A DNA stretch of 64,000 bases from Mustelus asterias (lineage: Eukaryota): contig NC_135815.1 in NCBI RefSeq assembly GCF_964213995.1, positions 2,480,001 to 2,544,000 on the forward strand, written 5' to 3'. The notes beneath the pieces were generated by a model. That model ran no database searches. It saw only the letters and a list, made by a program, of their open reading frames with translations, and had not been told where the DNA came from. The translations under genes and the position numbers were made by a program. Below are positions 1 through 11,797 of this stretch, piece after piece (within the stretch, counting starts at the first letter, position 1; every line of letters begins with the position of its first letter).

Positions 1-878
1 ACACCCGGAATACTCCAATCCCAAATTACATCCGGAATAACCCCATCCCAAACTACACCCAGAATAATCCCATCCCAAACTACACCCAGAATAACCCCAT
101 CCCAAACTACACCCAGAATAATCCCATCCCAAACTACACCTGGAATAACCCCATCCCAAACTACACCCAGAATAATCCCATCCCAAACTACACCTGGAAT
201 AACCCCATCCCAAACTACACCCAGAATAACCCCATCCCAAACTACATCCAGAATAATCCCATCCCAAACTACACCCAGAATAACCCCATCCCAAACTACA
301 TCCAGAATAATCCCATCCCAAACTACACCCAGAATAACCCCATCCCAAACTACATCCAGAATAATCCCATCCCAAACTACATCCAGAATAATCCCATCCC
401 AAACTACACCTGGAATAACCCCATCCCAAACTACACCCAGAATAACCCCATCCCAAACTACATCCAGAATAATCCCATCCCAAACTACACCCAGAATAAC
501 CCCATCCCAAACTACATCCAGAATAATCCCATCCCAAACTACACCCAGAATAACCCCATCCCAAACTACACCCAGAATAATCCCATCCTAAACTACGCCA
601 GAATATTCCATGCCAAACTACACCCCAGACCCATCCCATCCCAAACTATACCCGGAATTATCCCATCTCAAATTACACCCAGAATAATCCCATCCCAAAC
701 TACACCCAGAATAATCCCAACCCAAACTACACCCAGAATATCCCATCGCAAACCACACCCAGAATAATCCCATCCCAAACTACACCTGGAATAATCCCAT
801 CCCAAACTACACCCAGAATATCCCATCGCAAACCACACCCAGAATAATCCCATCCCAAACTACACCTGGAATATCCCA
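1..878. repeat. 29-bp minisatellite (acacccagaataatcccatcccaaactac)n, runs off window start
   Basis: About 30 tandem units visible. Confidence 0.95.
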
Positions 879-922
879 TGCATCGACCTGTCATGAACTT
901 TTGAATTTGTACCATCTGGAGA

Positions 923-984
923 CTAAACACAATCACTGGCTGGAATCGGTCCGTAAACTGTCTCTATGTGTGAAGTTATAAACC
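923..984 (-). CDS. Candidate terminal cytoplasmic exon (G)FITSHIETVYGPIPASDCV* with second TxYxxI motif
   Basis: Weak phase-1 acceptor (tttctatgaaag|GG). In frame if joined directly to exon 7 (570-aa product), but not phase-compatible with exon 8 without another exon. Confidence 0.4.
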
Positions 985-2106
985 CTTTCATAGAAACAAC
1001 ACCCTCCTCACCATAATTACCTCAAGATTGGTCTTACACTGAGCACTAACCCACTGCACACACGCAAAGCAATTAGCTAATGGCCTTGCCAGTGACACCC
1101 ACATCCCATGGCAATAAAATACAGCCATTGTCATCCCCGACATTTCAATATCCTTCTCCCTGCTCAATGAGGTGGGACTGAACAATGAAGCAGAGACCAC
1201 AACACAAGCGCTACAGGGGCTGCCTAGGAATGGGTGTACCTGAGGACAGACAGATTGGGACAGGAGAATTCGGAAAACTGTGATCTTGCCCACAATTGGC
1301 AGCGTTGGATGTTACTCCCTCTCCCCTTACTGACCTCCTGGCTCAGCACTGCCAGGTTTCCGTGAGGCCTCACTGGCTCAGTGAATAGCTATTCAGGTTG
1401 ATATTTGTAATGTTAATTGCCGCTCACTGGCTAATTTGTGTTCCGGCTGGTTGGAATCAGGATGTGTTCCCTCCAGCCAGCTCCCAGCGTGGGACAATGG
1501 CAGATTTATATCAGGCTGGTGGGGTCACAGTTGGTGGGAGGTGAAGGACCTCATCACCACTGGAATGGTCACCTGACCAGTGTCCTGTAGTCAGTCACAT
1601 GACAACACCTGTTGAGGGAGGGAGCTAGGAGGTATAACCTTTGGCCTTTGGGATGATGTCACACAGAAGGCAGTTGAGGGAATCTATAGAACATTCTCTC
1701 CCCAGAAAGACAAGGGAGGAGGTCCACTGAATATTTTAAAACTGAGATAGATTGTGAAAGAGTTGATAACAACATGTGAGTAAAATTGGACTCTCAGGAC
1801 TCAAGATGCAGCTTCAAGACCGTGTGGGAATTTCCTGACAAGGAGATGATATGCTGCTTTATCCATTGTCTTCAGTCACCACAGTCCCAGATGACCAGAG
1901 GCTGCTCTCCCCCTTTAAGGGGAGACTGGTGGTGATTTAACCTGAGGATCACCACACCGCAGGCAAGGGGAGAGGCTGAGAAAGTAGGGCTTTCATGGAC
2001 AATCACAGCCAATACGGGAATTGTACCCATGATGTTAGGCATCGCTCTGCATCACAAACCACTGTCCTGCCAACTGAGCAAAACCCATTAGTCGAAAGCC
2101 TCTTAC

Positions 2107-2150
2107 CACAGCAGGAGTTGCAGCCTCCTCTTTATCATTCTGCATTTGAC
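2107..2150 (-). CDS. Probable exon 8: cytoplasmic exon GQMQNDKEEAATPAV
   Basis: Acceptor ccttatcttatttcag|GT (phase 1, matches exon 7), donor GTG|GTAAGA (phase 0), 44 nt open. Confidence 0.65.
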
Positions 2151-2304
2151 CTGAAATAAGATAAGGCTTTTGGTGAAGTTACTATAACTACCAATCAGGT
2201 AGCAACATTATCGAAAGCATGGAGTTAGACTGTATCCCACTACACCCCACTGTACACTCTTCACCTGTACAGCGCACACACACTCAATGGAATTCAGTTT
2301 TGCT

Positions 2305-3473
2305 TCAGTGGGGGTTGCTGTCTCTGATCGAGAAGGCTAGGGGTTCAAACCCCACATCAGGTTCACACTCCAGTGCAGCACTCAACTGTGAAGGGTGAAC
2401 ACTAACGCAGCATTGCACTGACAGAGGGTCAATGCTAAGGGAGTGCCGCACTGTCAGAGGGTCAGTACTGAGGGAGTGCCGCACTGACAGAGGGTCAGTG
2501 CTGAGGGAGTGCCGCACTGTCAGAGGGTCAGTACTGAGGGAGTGCCGCACTGTCAGAGGGTCAGTGCTGAGGGAGTGCCGCACTGTCAGAGGGTCAGTGC
2601 TGAGGGAGTGCCGCACTGTCAGAGGGTCAGTACTGAGGGAGTGCCGCACTGTCAGAGGGTCAGTGCTGAGGGAGTGCCGCACTGTCAGAGGGTCAGTACT
2701 GAGGGAGTGCCGCACTGTCAGAGGATCAGTACTGAGGGAGTGCCGCACTGTCAGAGGGTCAGTACTGAGGGAGTGCTGCACTGTCAGAGGGTCAGTGCTG
2801 AGGGAGTGCCGCACTGTCAGAGGGTCAGTACTGAGGGAGTGCCGCACTGACAGAGGGTCAGTACTGAGGGAGTGCCACACTGTCAGAGGGTCAATGCTAA
2901 GGGAGTGCCGCACTGTCAGAGGGTCAGTACTGAGGGAGTGCCGCACTGTCAGAGGGTCAGTACTGAGGGAGTGCTGCACTGTCAGAGGGTCAGTACTGAG
3001 GGAGTGCTGCACTGTCAGAGGGTCAGTACTGAGGGAGTGCCGCACTGTCAGAGGGTCAGTACTGAGGGAGTGCCGCACTGTCAGAGGGTCAGTACTGAGG
3101 GAGTGCCGCACTGACAGAGGGTCAGTACTGAGGGAGTGCCGCACTGACAGAAGGTCAGTACTGAGGGAGTGCCGCACTGTCAGAGGGTCAGTACTGAGGG
3201 AGTGCTGCACTGTCAGAGGATCAGTACTGAGGGAGTGCCGCACTGTCAGACGATCAGTACTGAGGGAGCGCTGCACTGTCAGAGGGTCAGTACTGAGGGA
3301 GTGCCGCACTGTCAGAGGGTCAGTACTGAGGGAGTGCCGCACTGTCAGAGGCTCAGTGCTGAGGGAGTGCCGCACTGTCAGGGGGTCAGTACTGAGGGAG
3401 TGCCGCACTGTCAGAGGATCAGTACTGAGGGAACGCCGCACTGTCAGAGGGTCAGTACTGAGGGAGTGCCGCA
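2305..3473 (+). repeat. Degenerate tRNA-derived SINE head followed by 33-bp minisatellite (gcactgtcagagggtcagtactgagggagtgcc)n
   Basis: B-box-like ggttcaaacccc at ~2342. About 32 units over 2415-3473. The unit resembles the DeuSINE (AmnSINE1/SacSINE1) core as I recall it. Confidence 0.9.
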
Positions 3474-3699
3474 CATCTATGCAGAACCAAATGAAAGAGT
3501 TGAGGATCCGTGGTTTAAATTCCCGTGCGGAGGTGATGAAGGTGCAGTGCCTGTTCACCATTGGAAACTGGGGTTTGAATTCAGCCAGGAATTAATGGAC
3601 AAAAATCCTCTTGTTCTGTTATCTTTTCACAGCTTTATAACTAGCTCTTAGTATCTCTAATTGGTGCTAACACCCAGATAGTTCAGAATGGCCGGGGAA

Positions 3700-4564
3700 A
3701 ATATCAGGCTGTATGAGTGAGGGAGCGTTCCTCTGCAGCCCCCTGTCCAATAGCTTGGTGCAGATGTTGAGTGATTGTGTGATGATACTGTGCCTTTTAA
3801 GAGGTGTATTTTAATCATGTTTCTCTGCAGGATGTTTCCAGCAGGCCCTGGAAGCTGTCAGCACCATGATGTCTGTGACCAGTGTCCTTTATTGCTACTG
3901 AGGCAGTATAATTGATAACATGCTGATTTTAATCTGGACTAATGCAGTGTTCAGGGGTTTAATGGTCCTTTAAGGATTGCGGAGTCGAGCTTGATTTGGG
4001 GGATGATTGACAGGTCGGATGATGCCTGGGGACAGTTTTTTCCACAGAAAAGTCCAGGTTTTAGTTTTGTCTCTCAGTTGCTGCGAGAAGCTGGTGGGAG
4101 CAGAAAGTCTCTCTCTCTCTCTCTCTGTCTCTCCAGAGACTTGCTGAAAGTTCCAGGACTGGGAAGCCTCAGAGATTTAGTCAAACATTCAAAGGACCAA
4201 TTCACAGAAGGTGTAAAAAAAGCTGAAAATCCAGCATCATGTGAGCGTGCTTGCTTTTTGTGCCAAGTCTCGAGAAGGGTGTGTGTCTATGGGATGGTGT
4301 TTGACTTGGAACAACAGAGATAGCTAGCTGTTAAGGTTTATATTGTGTTGCGTTTAAATCTTGTAATTGATAGAAGTTATGCTAATTTATTTTTGTTACA
4401 TTTTAACTGTGTCCTTAAATAAACTCTGTTTGATAAAAGCTTCCGAGTGGGTCGTTTGAATCATACCTGGAGTGAAGTCACCCTAAAGCCAAAATCAAAT
4501 GTGAAACTGAGGGTCGAGGCTAACTTCACAAAACACCTTGGAATCTCTGGCCTGAATCATTACA
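3700..4564 (+). mobile_element. LTR-like interspersed repeat, copy 1 of 3
   Basis: Aligns with 14860-15727 and 31865-32389. AATAAA at ~4418, ends ..ACA. 5' boundary uncertain. Confidence 0.6.
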
Positions 4565-4702
4565 ACTGAAACAGGAAAATTGCCCATTTTTCTGAGATAA
4601 CATATCGGTACATATTTCAAACTACTGATGTTTAGAAATAATCATAAACAATTAATAGAATTTGGAATAATCTGTTTGCAATGTACTGAAAGGTTTTCTT
4701 AC

Positions 4703-4746
4703 CACAGACATTTGCGTACACTGTATTCAGTTCCTCTTCAGGGGCT
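4703..4746 (-). CDS. Exon 7: cytoplasmic exon (R)APEEELNTVYANVC(G) with ITSM/ITIM-type motif TVYANV
   Basis: Acceptor tctttctgtccgctttgcccag|A matches phase 2 of the TM exon. Donor G|GTAAGA. Acidic residues precede the Tyr. Confidence 0.85.
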
Positions 4747-5751
4747 CTGGGCAAAGCGGACAGAAAGACCATCAATGAATCATTTACAGCAGAAATATCA
4801 GTGGACGCCTCAATAAGACAATTTAACACTGGGTCCACATTGAGTAGAAAAGACCATCTACTCCCACTCCTTGATTGGATATTTGTGACTACAAAGAGCA
4901 TCTCTTACTCTTCACAATGAAACTTCACACGTGCGATGATCGGTTGGTTGGTGTGAAATGAGCACTTTGAGGTGATTTGGACAGGTCTGCATAAAACAAA
5001 GAACAGCTGTATTTGCTGATAGGAGCAGGACTGCGGGAGACAGATTTAAGATATTGAGCAAAAGATATAGGGGTGGCGGGGGAAGGGGAGGCCAGGGGTG
5101 GGGTGGCGGGGTTAGGGGAGGTCGGGGCGGTGGGGTGGGGGTGCAGTGTCAGGATTTGTGAAAGAAATTTTCAGTCAATGAGTGTTAATGAGCTGGAAGC
5201 AGGGGTGATGATTGATGTCAAAAGCAATTTGATAGGTACTTGAGGAAATTAAATTTCCCAGCTCGGTCAATAATCATTAAACCAACTGAATTCCTCTGCC
5301 GGGTGCTGGCATTGACTCAATGGGCAGAATGGTCTCCATTTGTGCCATAATTGTGGTATGACTGAGGGATTCAACCAATTGTGACCAAATTTCCTTAAGG
5401 ATGCAGCTGGATTCAATATTAGGAGATAACTGAGCAGAAATCCATGGTCGTTGAGTGAGTGCAGGGGTCAGTGATGTTAAAGGTGTAAGTTGTAGAAGGG
5501 GATCAGGATTATATGTCATGACATAATGAAGAAGAGTTACTTATCAAAAACCCAGAAACTATAGACAGGAATTACCATTTAATCATTTCAATGGGGTGAA
5601 GTTAAGCATTTCATGAGAGTTAATTTTGAGCCACGTTTTCCTATTATTCTTCATGCATTTTATATTTGCCCTGAATTATCAATTGCATTTTACAAAGTCT
5701 TCATCACCATTTGTATCAAAGTGTTCTGCAATAGCTACTGTTTTCTGAATC

Positions 5752-6230
5752 TTTGATTTGATTTATTATTGTCACATGTATTAGCACACAGAGAAAAGTA
5801 TTGTTTCTTGAGCGCTTTACAGATAAAGCATACCGTTCATAGAGAAGGAAAGGAGAGAGTGTAGAATGTAGTGTTACAGTCATAGCTAGGGTGTAGAGAA
5901 AGATCAACTTAATGTGAGGTCGGTCTATTCAAAAGTCTGACGGCAGCAGGGAAGAAGCTGTTCTTGAGTTGGTTGGTACGTGACTCAGACTCTTGTATCT
6001 TTTTCCCGACGGTAGAAGGTGGAAGAGAGAATGTCCGGGGTGCGTGGGGTCATTAATTATGCTGGCTGCTTTGCCGAGGCTGCGGGAAGTGTAGACAGAG
6101 TCAATGGATGGGAGGCTGGTTTGCGTGATGGATTGGGCTACATTCACGATGTTTTGTAGTTTATTGCAGTCTTGGGCAGAGCAGGAGCCAGACCAAGCTG
6201 TGATACAACCAGAAAGAATGCTTTCTATGC
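5752..6230 (-). mobile_element. Rex1/Babar-like LINE, 3' fragment
   Basis: SIESILSGCITAW..CSAQD..KLQ peptide and (aaatc)n tail with AATAAA. Tail-only copies at ~13100-13273, 17070-17225 and 35395-35515. Confidence 0.75.
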
Positions 6231-6534
6231 TCAGTCTGGGATTTCCGTAGTGAGAGTTTTGAATTTTCAGCGTACCCGCCAATGGGAGTGTCTATCTAAA
6301 GTGTTTAATTTTTCCATTCCTTCAGTGTGACGGCTGCCACCCACTCTTACAAAAGGGATCAGGGGGGAAACCACTTCCCCCGCCCAATCTTTGTGCCTCT
6401 GTATGTATCTCCCCAGGAAGAGAAAATCACTGAAAGCAAAGCTCCTTTACCGAGATTCTGTGGCTGATTTCACCCCTGCAATTAAATTCACCACAACATT
6501 ATCATCAAATGAGAGGAAGTTACGTTATATTTAC

Positions 6535-6670
6535 CGTTCTGGCTTTAATCTGCTTTGAAAACACGCCCATTTTTTCACACAGAGAATTGTGATGATTGAT
6601 ATGCAGAGGAAGAGGACAAGTGCCAGGGTGCAGGCGATAATGCTGATGACAGGCCGGCTTTCAGGTTCTT
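6535..6670 (-). CDS. Exon 6: transmembrane exon (EEPESRP-VISIIACTLALVLFLCISIITILCV-KKWACFQSRLKPER)
   Basis: Acceptor tcttactattttgcag|AA (phase 1), ~25-aa uncharged hydrophobic run then KK stop-transfer, phase-2 donor CG|GTAAAT. Confidence 0.92.
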
Positions 6671-7541
6671 CTGCAAAATAGTAAGAGACTTTGTATAGTT
6701 TAACATTTGTAAAATGGTTCAAGTAAAGAATGAGGAACATAAGAATTAGGAGCAGAAGTCGGCAAATTCAGCCCTTCGAGCCTGCTCTGCCATTCAATCA
6801 GATCACGGCTGATCTCTCCCTGGCCTCAAATCCACCTCCCCACCTCTTCCCCATGCCCCCTCATCCCGTTTTTGTTAGAAATATATCTATCCCCTTCTTG
6901 AAACCATTCAACGATTCAGACTCCACCGTGCTATGGGGCAGCGAGTTGGATTCCTGTCCTTGTGAAAACCAAGTTAGAATGAGGGAGACAGAGATCTTTC
7001 CCTTCCGACATTTCTGTTGGGCATCAAGTGAGACAGGTGGTGTAGCTCACAGCTGGACTTGTGCTGATCACGCAGAGTGGAGCAATGGGAGATAGATTAT
7101 CAGACTCTTGATTGGATATACAATTTGTGTGAGAGATTGCGGGTGGGATCTTACGACCCCACTCATCCCGAAACCACAAAATCCCACCTGAGCTCAATGG
7201 ACCTTCCCATTGTCCGCTCCTCGCCCGCTCCGATTCCTGTGGTGGGCAGGGCAGTAAAATCCTGGAGATTGTTGCTTTTCAAAGAAACTGATCAATTGTA
7301 ATTTCCACCAATTTCCCTGAGAATGAAATTGCAGTGGGTCTGATTAATGGTGACAATTCATGACGCCAATTTAATCATAGACAGAAATTAGAAATCTACA
7401 CTTTGTTACTCCTCTCAGGAGTAACTGAAAGCTTTGAAATTGCACAGGCTGCAACGTCAAGAGTTCAGGTGGCAGTGAACTCATTGGAGACACTCAGAGC
7501 CAGAACATGGGTTAGTTGGAGGGGATTTTATCTGTGTACAG

Positions 7542-8933
7542 TGTAAGTTTCAGGGCAATCCTCCATATTTTAAAACGACTCAGGAGAAACCTGACAGTTT
7601 AAAAGTGGCCAACTCTGGCTGCTGGCTGATAAAACCTCCCAGAAGGCTCGGCTGGACAAACATAACCTGCCTGTGGACTGTGCTAAGGAAAGGTGTGAGC
7701 CCCCTGAATATGCAAGTGGCCAGGTGCGGCAGAAAGGCAGACACACCAGTGATCTAATCATCAGAAGGACAAAGGGAGATGGAGACCAGCAGACGAACAG
7801 TAAACAGACCAGCAGGGAGACAATGGCCACAGAAATCGGCCCATCCACAGAAGACAAGGAGACCAATCCCACTAATGGGATACCGTTCAGGAAGCTCCGG
7901 AGGAGCATTAAAAATACATTAAAATAACGACCAACGGGGGTCAAGGCAGTTCCAGCCTTTTGTGTTTGGACTTGTCTCAATTAAACCGAGACTGCCGGTG
8001 ATCGAAACCCATTGTCCTTGAAAATCACCTACGGGGACAGGGAAGTTGGTTGTTAAATTGGGCGGAAGATCAAGAGAGGCAGACAAGCCAAACCAAGCTC
8101 TCTTCCAGAATCGCAAGCTCATGTGCAGAGGTGAAGACCGACAGCAGCCCAGTTTCGACCCTGCACTAAGACATTCGAGCCCACCACAAAGGAACCCCTT
8201 TTAGAATTGTGAGTATCCCAGCCAACCTTGTGAAGCTCCCGAGGATAGGATAGAGGTTGAGGCAAGGGGAGGGGTGATGTATTGTAATTTTAAAGTTCAG
8301 TAATCTTGTTTTGAACTGTGTAAAGTAAGGTTTTACATTGTACCCGTTAGCATTTCTCCCATAGTGATAGTATAAAGTATAAGTTTTATTCATGTGTGGT
8401 GGGGTATTGGAGAGGTTGATTCTATTGTTAAATAAATCACTGTAAGTTTTGAAACTCGTTTGGAGTTCATCTTGCCTCTTATTCTCTCATCAGCGCACTC
8501 TGGCGAGGTCACAGTTTCAATATCCCTTACCATAAATCCGGAATCTAGAACCGAGGGTGATCTGAGCGATTCGAACCCGCTCACTCAAGGGAGACTGCTG
8601 GTCAGGAGATAAAAAGGATAGATTCTCTCTGTTCTCTTTCTTGGAGACCTACTCGAGTGGAGTGGGTGCAGGGTGGCCGTTGTCCCACCGACAAGGGAGA
8701 GAATCACTCAGGCCTTGGTGGCGGTTTTGGGGTGGCTGTGTGATATCAGTATCAGGTTACCGGTCAGGTATAAACGGTGAGCCTGGTTCAGCGCTCTCTC
8801 CTGCGGAGTTGCCCCAGTGCAGCATTCCCTGGCCTTTGAAATTTCAAGGCCTGCAAGAGAGAGACACTCGCAGCTATCGGCAGACCCCCAAATACCGGCC
8901 TGTAAGTGGAGTAAAGAGAAAGATCCCGTTACA
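7542..8933 (+). mobile_element. Solo LTR, 1392 bp, in the V4-TM intron
   Basis: TGTAAG...GTTACA termini, 4-bp TSD ACAG (7538-7541 / 8934-8937), AATAAA near 8431. Confidence 0.85.
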
Positions 8934-9002
8934 ACAGTAAACTCCTGCCATCAGCCCGGGGGGAATGGCCCAAACAAAACCCCTGACCAGGGAGAGGATT
9001 AC

Positions 9003-9377
9003 CATGCTGAATTGGGGAGAAGGTTGTATCAGTGACATTGAGCTGGGTCCCTGCTCCATGGATGTAGCTCCACACACTGCATCTGTACACAGCTGTATCA
9101 TTGAGGGTCACATTCACAATGGTCAGAATGTAGCTGTTGCTGCTGACATTCCGGGAAGGCTGAAAACGGTGGTGGGAATCCTGGGACTTGGTAATGGTGC
9201 CATTCACAAATTGGCTGATCAGCCACTCACTGCGGTAGCCAGCTCGCTGGTAACGCCAGTGGACATCAGTGTCAATCACACTGGCATTGTACATGGCACA
9301 TTGTAAGTCGACAGCCTGACCCTCTGGCACCTTGCTGACTGTTGGATACTGCATGAGGACTGGGTCAGACAATGGGG
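9003..9377 (-). CDS. Exon 5: VJ domain V4 (near-copy of V3) plus 9-aa stalk DTTFSPIQH
   Basis: Same acceptor sequence as V3. No GT at the position of the V3 donor. The next phase-1 donor is G|GTAATC at 9003/9002, giving 375 nt in frame with the TM exon. Confidence 0.85.
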
Positions 9378-9454
9378 CTGTGGGTGGGAAACATCTGGAA
9401 TGCAACGCAAAAAAAAGAAAGAAAAATTTCTCCAGTATTGAAAATTCAACACAT

Positions 9455-9790
9455 TGGGGAGGCTGTGGTGTGATGTTATTGTCATTGGACTTGTGTCCAG
9501 AAACCCAGGGTAATGTTCTGGTGACTCAGGTTCAAAACCCACCACGGCAGATGGTGAAAGTTGAATTCAACAGAAATCTGGAATTAAAACCGTGAACCCA
9601 TTGTCAATTGTTGTAAAAACCCATCTGGTTCAGTCATGTCCTTTAGGGAAGAAATCTGCAGTCCTTACCTGGTCAGGTTTACATGTGACTCCAGACCCAT
9701 GACAATGTGGTTGACTCTTCAATGCACTCAGGCAGGGGCAATAAATGCTGGCCCAGCCAGCAACACCCACAGACCATGAATACATTTTTT
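9455..9790 (+). mobile_element. tRNA-derived SINE with LINE-like tail (family also at ~12130-12540, 35780-36320, 44440-44810)
   Basis: ggttcaaa B box, conserved body cccatctggttcac..ggaaatctg..ccttacctggtc, tail gggcaataaatgctggcc. Confidence 0.75.
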
Positions 9791-10825
9791 ACAAGTGTCA
9801 CTCGGTAGCTCGGGAAGTCAATGGACCAATTGGGAAGCTTGTTGACTGCAGCAGCTGTTTTGAAAGGTCTGATGATCTAATTAAACTGGTGTTACTACAA
9901 TCATTAACATGGTTCCAGCAAACAGCAATTGGTGGAGGTTTAAACATGAAAGATAAATCCACACAGATACTATATAGTCCTGTTGCAATATATTCAAAGA
10001 TTAATGAGGTTTATTTTGCAGAACTTTCCTTTAGGGCTAAATAAAAATGGGAGGTTCAATGTGTAATTGAAAAAGAAGGGCAGCATGGACAAATTGGGCC
10101 GAAGGGCCTGTTTCCATGTTATAAACCTCTATGACATGGCTGACAGGGTAGCCTGTCTATCGGTCTCTCTGGAAAGGCTATTGCATGTTGCTGTTCAGAG
10201 ACAGAGGCCTCTTAGAATCCCTACAGTGCAGAAGGAGGACTGGGGGAGGAAACCGGAGCACCCAGAGAAAACCCACGTAGACACAATGAGAACATGCAAA
10301 CTTCGCACAGACAATGACGCAAGTCGGGAATCGAACCCGAGTCCCTAGTGCTGTGAGACAGCAGTACTAACCCCAGAGCCACCGTGTGATAGGCCTGTTG
10401 CACAGTGGGCCCCACATTGCTGATTGTCAGTGATCGGGGTCTCTGTGAAATGAGGACAAGACGCTTCTGCAACCTTTCAGCCCATTCACAGTCATCAGCT
10501 GATCCAGCATTGGGGGATTTGGTTGTGGATGGACTGATAGGTAGTGGGTAGTGATTGGATTGGAAGGTATAGTTGGTAGAGAGTGCCCTGAAAGATACAA
10601 CAGCGACTGCTAAATGTGAAGCGACCAGATTCACCACAATGAGTGGAGGAATTCCACAAAGCAATCAACCAATCACAATTGTCTCCTCAATCAGGTGATG
10701 ACAACATTGATAAATACTGATTTCATTTGGGGTGAAAGCCCAGAAAAACTCAAATAAAGAGCTCAATTTTTTTGAGATTTTTTAAGCCATCATTACAAAA
10801 TTAAACACACAAAACTGTTTCCTGA

Positions 10826-11797
10826 ATCCCCCAGGGGCAATACTTACCCTCACACTCCTGGGAAAATCCCCCAGGGGCGATACTTACCCTCACACTCCTG
10901 GGAAAATCCCCCAGGGGCGATACTTACCCTCACACTCCTGGGAAAATCCCCCAGGGGCGATACTTACCCTCACACTCCTGGGAAAATCCCCCAGGGGCGA
11001 TACTTACCCTCACACTCCTGGGAAAATCCCCCAGGGGCGATACTTACCCTCACACTCCCGGGAAAATCCCCCAGGGGCAATACTTACACTCACCTTCCCT
11101 GGAAAATCCTCCAGGGCTGATACTTATCCTTACACTCCCAGGGAAATCTCCTTGTTGGGTGATACGTACCCTCACACTCCTGGGAAAATCCTCCAGGGGC
11201 GATACTTACCCCCACACTCCCAGGAAAATCTCCTTGTTGGACGATACTTGGATGATAGGGCGGCACGGTAGCACAGTGGTTAGCACTGCTGCTTCACAGC
11301 TCCAGGGACCTGGGTTCGATTCCCGGCTTGGGTCACTATCTGTGTGGAGTTTTCACATTCTCCTCGTGTCTGCGTGGGTTTCCTCTGGGTGCTCCGGTTT
11401 CCTCCCACAGTCCAAAGATGTGCGGGTTAGGTTTATTGGCCATGCTAAAAATTGCCCCTTAGTGTCCTGAGATGTGTAGGTTAGAGGGATTAGCGGGTAA
11501 ATCTGTAGGGATATGGGGGTAGGGCCTGGGTGGGATTGTGGTCGGTGCAGACTCGATGGGCCAAATGGCCTCTTTCTGCACTGTAGGGTTTCTATGATTA
11601 TATGATACTTACCCTCAAACTCCTGGGAAAATTGCCCAGGGGCAATACTTACCCTCCACTTCCGGGAAAATTTCCTTGTTGGGCAATACTTACCCTCACA
11701 TTCCCTGGAAAATCCTCTTGTGGGGTGGCACTTACCCTCACACTCCCAGGAAGACCCCCTTGTGGGGCGATACTTACACTCCCAGGAAGACCCCCTT
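10826..11797. repeat. 40-bp minisatellite (ggaaaatcccccaggggcgatacttaccctcacactcctg)n, split by a SINE
   Basis: Exact 40-bp period at 10861-11060, degenerating outward, about 15 units. Confidence 0.93.
11258..11601 (+). mobile_element. Full-length HE1-like SINE inserted in the minisatellite
   Basis: gggcggcacggtagcacagtggttagc (A box), ggttcgattccc (B box), CR1-like tail, TSD atgata. Other copies: ~10220-10386(-), 21976-22110(-), 22246-22410(-), 29172-29331(+), 33235-33480(+), 34417-34760(-), 45234-45530(+). Confidence 0.85.

Noticed and set aside
2305-3651. Repeat ORFs of ~400 aa
   Set aside because: Artefact of the 33-bp minisatellite.
9378-9397. Alternative upstream acceptor for V4 (ttgcattccag)
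   Set aside because: It adds 17 nt and would frameshift V4 when joined to the phase-1 V3 donor.
11258-11335. tRNA gene (also other A/B-box sequences in the window)
   Set aside because: These are heads of SINEs that continue into SINE body and tail.
10826-11797. CRISPR array or U1 snRNA genes
   Set aside because: No unique spacers, and the context is eukaryotic. Only 9 nt match U1, with none of the snRNA body.
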